Source of the DNA: Eledone cirrhosa
Lineage: Eukaryota
DNA length: 64,000 nucleotides
Assembly: GCA_964016885.1 (NCBI GenBank)
Contig: CAXHJY010000202.1
Location: 1-64,000, forward strand
Direction of reading: 5' to 3'
A model generated the notes under the pieces. That model was not told the DNA's origin and searched no databases. It was given only the letters and a program-made list of their open reading frames with translations. The position numbers and the translations under genes are program-made. This document shows positions 56,226 through 64,000 of this stretch, one piece after another. Each line of letters opens with the position of its first letter. The stretch's first letter is position 1.

Positions 56226-56939
56226 AAGTCATTATATTTACTTCTAAAGCGGTGAATTTGCAATATCGGGAGATTATCCGACGAAGAAGCCTTACAATAT
56301 CTATGGTTAAACCTTTCTCCGTTAAATGCCAGTAGATTCAACTTTAGGTTTCATCCTTCCTGGGTCTATCAAAAAAGGGTAGCAGTTAAATAATGGGTCA
56401 TATATAATCGACGTTTTCCTTGTCCCGAAGTGTTAGAAGGAATTATGTTTACATGCTGTTGAAAGTAACAATTGCTGAGAGTAAAGAGTGAGATTGTGAA
56501 TCATACTATATAATGGGGCGTACGTAAGAAGGACGAAATGTGGTAAAACCTACGGATTCTACACAGTCTCAATCTACTGGAAACCACTCAAATGGAATTG
56601 GTCAAGCTGTGACAAGAGTGGAAGCTATTTGTTGAAGGTAATGTGCATTGCTATCAAACCTTGAGTTTATGTAAGTGTACGGGACATTTAACAGAGCTTC
56701 TTTTGGAGATATATCCACAATGAGCCAACTGGGTCGCGTTAGATTGAGAACAGATAGTAAATCGGTGTTTTTAACTTGCAGATAAAAGTAAAAAATTGAG
56801 TATAAATTATTCTCCTTATATTGCAGTAGGGATAGAACGTAAGAACGTATAGATCTCTTATTATAGACATATATGCATCCTTACATACATGCATGCATTC
56901 ATATATGCACACACATACACACTCATATCTCTCTCTCTC

Positions 56940-57361
<422 letters not shown>

Positions 57362-57438
57362 TGTGTGTTTCTTCCTCTTCTCTATCTATTTATTAATTCG
57401 TTTATTTCTCATTCTATCTTTTGATGAAAGACAAACCG

Positions 57439-57471
<33 letters not shown>

Positions 57472-59218
57472 ATATATATATATATAATCAATTTAAACGA
57501 CCATGTAGAGCTAGTAAGCCACGACAGAATAGGGGAAGTATTGAGTACTTCTTACAGTTGATAATCAAAAAGAGCTAGTGAGATAATTAATAAAATTAAA
57601 AAAGGATAAACAAGAAAAAATTAAATAAAAAAAATGAAAATGATTAAATGAAAATAAAAGTTGCAAATATTGAAGGCCAATGAGAGGCAGATTATGCATT
57701 AGAAAACGAAAATGATAAGGAAAATAGAAAATAGGGGATGCTGTAAAACAGCTAGAAGTTTCTGTTGTTGAATCTTTTCGTAGTTTCCATGTACTGAAAG
57801 TGTGTTGTTTATATTTGGTAGACCTTTAAACATATATTGAACTGCCAATATTTGTAGTTCTTTTAAATATTAGTTTCAACATATCTGTATGTGATATCTA
57901 TTTAATTTTTTTTTACGTTTAAACGTGAAACTTATTTCCCTCTTGTATCTGATACATGAAATTGAATTGATAACAAACCCGAAAAATATTCAATGTTGCA
58001 TTCAGGATTCCTTTATATGTATCTAGTTGCATAATGTATTATCAATATATCACATTAACATGGCAGTTTTAGCATGATATACAAGATAACAAATAATAGA
58101 TAATATATTAATACATACAGAAAACCAATTCAATACTTACATGCAATTATACAAAGATTTCATAATATTCATATAGAGGTTTAGACAGATCTACAGTAAG
58201 ACGGAAATCAACATCCATAATAGAGCTTTACGGACAAAGCTTGATCTATGGCTACTGAATTGATGCCAATAATGAACAACAGTTTCCTATTTAAACTGGC
58301 CAAGCAATTACAGCAATGAATGTGTTTAATATTATTGACAGAAATATAAAGTCATTAGAAAATAGAATTAAATTAATCACAATAGGTTTCAATAATTGCA
58401 TTTGTTATTATAAAGAAACATAACCAAAGAGTAGCTGAATATACTGCAGGCGAAATAGCATTAATACATTACTTATCGGTTTGACTTATCTGGTTTACAC
58501 TCTCTGTCAATATATCTCGTCTCTTTGAAATTCGTAGCAGCGGAGTATATTTCATGTTGGTTTAGTTTAAAATAGTGTCTAGATCTTCACTTGATAACAA
58601 TATAATCATGAATTCATAAGATATCGGTATCTTAATGGCGTTTAAAACTTTATTGCGGCTGTTAGTATCGCATCAAATAGGCTGGTTGATGATGACTCAC
58701 ACCGATGTTAGTACATATTTGATTTTCTTCTAATAATATATTGCGGAAAACATGGACGTAACGTAAGAGCTGCATTCTATTTGTTCTAGGTTTTCATACT
58801 ACCATCACCAACTATAACAACAACCCCACAAACACACCCATTACCATCATTAACATCAACCTCGTATTTTTCCGTCTTGAATAGGTTACAGGCGTCGGAT
58901 CTAGTACAATATCTCTCTACTTCTATTTAAATGTCCCTGCACCTTTTCAGCCAACAGCTATTATAAACATTATAAAATAAAATAATTGTCAAGTTTCGAT
59001 GTTGGGAAATAATTGAATGTATATTTCTCCTCACCTCGGGTGTAATTGTTTGCTTTCGTACAATTTGCTCTTCGTGTAGAACGTGACCGTGAGTAGTTTT
59101 CCATAATCCTCCTTTTAATAATTCTTGTGTCACTAATTTGGAAATTACAATTTTGCCACTGATCTCCCTTACGATTCGTTTATCATTCACTCAATAAAAT
59201 AACACCCGTAATTACAAT

Positions 59219-59270
<52 letters not shown>

Positions 59271-59286
59271 GTGTGTGTGTGTGTGT

Positions 59287-59317
<31 letters not shown>

Positions 59318-59583
59318 GTGTTCTGTGTTTGTGTAAGTATGAAATTATAGGTTATACTTTCTCTATTATATGGGTATTCCATCGTTTTTGTGAGGGAGCC
59401 AGGTCGAGGCACTAAATAACTCACACTACCGTATTAAAAGTAGATACAATACGTGAAATAAAGGTGGGGGGGGGGGGCAGGAATAGAACACCTTTCATTA
59501 TGGGACTGTCCGATTTTCTTATCAAAATGTGTACGAATACACACACCTAATAGATGCAAACATACATACATACATACATACAT

Positions 59584-59621
59584 GATGGCTGCCCCCCTCG
59601 TTATCGAGTATGGCCATTGCA
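59584..59621 (-). mobile_element. RTE-family 3' tail stub in (TATG)n
   Basis: tggccatactcgataacgagg..gcagccatcatgtatg resembles the 3' end at 8975-9014. Confidence 0.65.
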
Positions 59622-59744
<123 letters not shown>

Positions 59745-59749
59745 ATATC

Positions 59750-60239
59750 ATATATTGATTTAGAAACTCAAAATGATCTTTTACAATTAAATAGCTCAAG
59801 GAAGGGAAATTTTCCGAGCCGTGTAATACAATTGAATATATGAGAGGAATGAACACAAATACAAGTATACATGTATTCGAATTGCAAATGACCAAGTTAG
59901 CTAGGTTGAAAAAATACTAATTTAAAACAATATGGTTTGCCTCTCTTGATTTAAAGTAATAAATCAATAAAAATAACAAACCTATATTGGGCAACCGCCG
60001 TTTGATACCCGGACAGATCTAAATCTGTTTCGCAACAATTATTAAGTGAAAGCCACCATTCCTGTGCTCTTCTGCGGGTATCCAGGAAATGTGTACCTTT
60101 CACTTCAAAAGAAGTAAGACTGAACTATGTGTCGAGACAGGCAAACCATATTGTTTTAAATTAATATTTTTCAACCTAGCTAACTTGGTCATTTGCAAAT
60201 CGAACACATGTATACTTGTATCGGTTTTCATCCCTCTCA

Positions 60240-60245
<6 letters not shown>
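59750..60245 (-). mobile_element. Inverted pLTR insert (family H) with a hammerhead in the spacer
   Basis: Arms at about 59838-59950 and 60133-60244, in (TA)n. Confidence 0.8.
60004..60082 (-). ncRNA. Type I hammerhead, CAGAAGA core (family H)
   Basis: gatacccg-CAGAAGA-gca..tgc-GAAA-cagat(ttag)atctg-TC-cgggtatc. 8-bp stem I, 6-bp stem III, GUC site. Confidence 0.8.
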
Positions 60246-60292
<47 letters not shown>

Positions 60293-60398
60293 AAGGTTTA
60301 GCAAATAATGAAAAAGTTTCAAAATAAATTTTAAAAAATTGACTTTACCTACTAGTTACCTTTACCGATCGGTTTCGAATCCCAAAAATAAACGGAGA

Positions 60399-60458
<60 letters not shown>

Positions 60459-60745
60459 TCATACACGGAACAAAAGCGTTTCTCAAGGATTTAAGGCTCA
60501 AATAGGACCATACTCCCAGAAAACAAACTCACTAACCAGGTTCAATTACCCATATAATAGAGAAAGTAATTTAAAAGTTAAGATATGTTATATAATAACT
60601 CATAATTTCAGATTTAATGACAGGACATATACATGTTTGGTTTGGTTTGGTTTGGTTTGGTTTGGTTTGGTTTGGTGATATATTTGTTAAGCATTTGGAA
60701 CCCTCTCTTAATAATTTGAAGAACTCAGCGTATGTGTGTCTAACA

Positions 60746-61617
60746 GTGGATTGGCAGTATCGGTAGAGGGTCGGACGTCAAGCTTTGCAGCATAGAGTTA
60801 CAGCCCTTTATGATCTGAGTTCAAATCCCGCCGAGGTTAACTTTGCCTTTCATCCTTACGGGGTCGATAAAATAAAGTACCAGTAATACACTGGGATAAT
60901 TGCTGGCCTTGTGCCAAAAGTAGAAGCAATTATATGTTTGCTTATATTTGGGATAGATTGGCAGTGTCGGCGGAGCGTCGGACAACATGCTTCGGAACAT
61001 AGAGTTACGGTTCTTTACGTTCTGAGTTCAAATCCCACCGAGGGTAGCTTTGCCTTTCACCCTTACGGGGTCGATAAATAAAGCACCAGTAATACACTGG
61101 AGTTAATTTAATCGATTTTCCCTTCCCCCAAAATTGCTGCCTTGTGCCTAAAGTAAAAACAATTATATATTCGCTTCATCATTGTACAGGGTGGTCCGAA
61201 AGTCTCCTCACCCAAAAAGAAAATTATATTATTATTATTAGAAAATGTTATTATTATTATATATTATAATTAATGTGTACAGACCACGATAGGACTTTAT
61301 GAACGTTTGGATACTACTGTTGAATTGACTATCATCAATGTCCTGATCTTTCATCAAAATAAAGTACCAGTAATGCACTGGGTAATTGCTGGCCTTGTGC
61401 CAAAAAGTAGAAACAATTATTTTCGTTGAATTGGCAGTATCGGTAGAGGGTCGGACGCCATGCTTTGACGCAGAGCTACGGCCCATGTCATTCTGAGTTC
61501 AAATCCCGCCGAGGTTAACTTTGCCTTTCATCCTTACGGGGTCGATAAAATAAAGTACCAGTAATGTACTGGGTAATTGCTGGCCTTGTGCCAAAAAGTA
61601 GAAACAATTATTTTCGT
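60746..61617 (+). mobile_element. Cluster of four same-strand Nin-type SINE copies or fragments
   Basis: 60746-60932, 60955-61165, 61356-61420, 61428-61612. Confidence 0.88.
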
Positions 61618-62567
61618 TATACGGCAATATATCTTCGAAAATAAATCTATCTTTTCCTAATATAAGTATATAGCTATAAATATGTATGTTTATGTATTTC
61701 AAATATATTGATCTCTTCTAATATGCCTACATAAATTATGTATAGAAGGAAGTATGAGTAATATGGAAGGAAGATTTTTGAAGAGCGAGCTGGAATGAAA
61801 CGTATTCCGATCATACATTTGACTCCAGCTACAATAATAATGTAAATGAAAACTTTAGTAGATATTTTCTTATTTTATCCCAATAATATATTGATGATGC
61901 ATTACCTCAGATAATATCACTGCCTTGTTCAGAAAGATTAAATACGTAAGTGTAGTCTCTGTCATTCCATTTCTTCTTCATCGAATATCTGACAAATTAA
62001 GAACATTATAGATATATATTTGATGTGATGGCTACTTTTTAACATTCCATGCAATTCCCAACTGTGAATGCGCTGAACACAAAATAATCACTCAATCAAA
62101 AAAGTATTAGAAGATCTATCAAAAAAAGGTTTTACAGTGTGATAGCATCTGCTGTTGCTACAAGCGTCTTTGAATGTAAAACTATCGAGAGAAAATGAGT
62201 ATAACATGCCTACCGGGTCATAATTACTATAATCAATCAATGCCGTTGATTTTTCTTCTTTATTTCATTACATTGAATATAAGGGATTTTAATTCTCTAT
62301 GAAAGCTGACTTTCATATATTGGAAGGTGTTAGAGAATAAGAAGTTGTTACTATTTAGTCTCAAAGATAACACAATATATTATGAATAAGAATTAAAAAG
62401 AAATTCTATCAATACTTTCAATGGGATATTTCAAATTCTGTTTGAGAGAACATTGACACCGCGCGTCATTATCAATGTGACCGAATACATTATGGACAGA
62501 AACGAATGTCTATAAACAAATCATCGTCTATAAACAAATACGTACACTCTACCACACGTATCTAATG

Positions 62568-62628
<61 letters not shown>

Positions 62629-63087
62629 CCGAAGAGATTGTTTTGGTAAAACAGGAGCAAGCGGGAGAAAGCTCTCAACATTCGTAGTTTGTAGTTTGTA
62701 GTTACGATGGAGATTCAGTATAAAAATAACATTAATAAAGATGGTGATTGTTGCATAAATCGTTTGTTCATTATAATTATTTCAACGGTTCTCCCATGGA
62801 ATTAAGATGTATGTCATGCATTTGTTGTTGTTATGAGAACGGTATCCTCAGATGAAAATCGATTTAGTGATACGTCTGGATGCACGAGCCGAAGGACGTG
62901 TGTATTTTTTTCCTACCGGCAGCATATCACTAAATCGAATTTCGTCTAAGGATACTGTTCTCATAAGAACAACGAATGCATGAATTACATCTTGATTGCA
63001 TGGAAGAACCGATGAAATAATTATAATGAAAAAATGATTTATGTAACATCAACATCTTTATAAATATTATATATATATATATATATA

Positions 63088-63126
<39 letters not shown>

Positions 63127-63165
63127 GTGCGTGTGTATGTGTGTATGTGTGTATGTGTGTGTGTA

Positions 63166-63211
<46 letters not shown>

Positions 63212-63226
63212 CGTGTGCGCGCGCGC

Positions 63227-63265
<39 letters not shown>

Positions 63266-63865
63266 CGTGCGTGCGCGCGTGTGTGTGTGTGTGTGTGTGT
63301 GCGTGCGCGTGCGCGTGTGTGTGTGTAATAAAAGACCGATAGGTTTCAAAAGGCTGGTAAAATGCGGTAGAAATATATAAAACGCAATGGATGATAAATG
63401 AAACAAAATAAAATAATTTTTTGCCCAGTATATTGCAAATGTGAAACAAAAACGAACGAACGATCGATGCATGTATACTTCCTTAACTGGCCTACGTGTC
63501 TAAAATACGCATGCGTGGGATCGTCATAGTGGCCAATCTGCTTTGTCCATTTTCAACCTATTATTTATGTGTTGTTTTTCTTATTGATTATAATGTCCTC
63601 TTTGATTCGTAAATTGCCCACTTTCCTTTCTTTCGCTTCTATTGTATCTTCAATATCTTTGTCGCATCATATGTCAAGATGATTTTAGCAAAAGAAGCTC
63701 CCGCCCCCCGTGCGACCCTTGATTCGTATTTGCAGAATTCGGACACACATCCAATGTACGAGGATATGTGACTGTAGGTATTTTATCAGATATCTCATAC
63801 TGTTTCATATTAACTATACTTATATATATATAAAGATTAAGAAGTACCAATAATTGCAACAATGT

Positions 63866-63908
<43 letters not shown>

Positions 63909-64000
63909 TAAATCTACCAAAAGTTTACGGTAGTGTCCAATCCGTATGAGTATGCATACCAACTCTAACACATATATATCCTAGAAACGATCGTAAAATA

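Noticed and set aside
58927-59190. 87-aa non-repetitive ORF
   Set aside because: No recognisable domain or splice context.
61185-61212. Tc1/mariner-like TIR (tacagggtggtcc)
   Set aside because: No partner TIR or transposase was found.

Overview
AT-rich eukaryotic, non-genic-looking DNA, most consistent with a cephalopod (Octopus-like) genome. It is saturated with (TA)n, (CA)n, (GA)n and (TATG)n microsatellites and transposon debris. No intact host gene was recognised, and most ORFs in the track are microsatellite translations. Recognisable elements: about 14 tRNA-derived Nin-type SINE copies, an L1/Tx1-like LINE fragment, two R4/Dong-like LINE fragments, a CR1-group LINE fragment, a bipartite non-autonomous RTE derivative, three Helitron ends or non-autonomous Helitrons, and two protein fragments of Penelope-like elements (PLE): an N-terminal/RT part and a GIY-YIG endonuclease. 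The main hidden structure is a dense set of short inserts in (TA)n tracts, often perfect fold-back palindromes, from at least 8 unrelated families, most carrying type I hammerhead ribozyme (HHR) motifs. Two unrelated families carry a non-canonical core CAGAAGA (U4A) with intact stems. Inversion and truncation breakpoints cluster inside the ribozymes, and one junction contains a 23-nt patch copied from DNA 840 bp away. All folds were read by eye and element boundaries are approximate.
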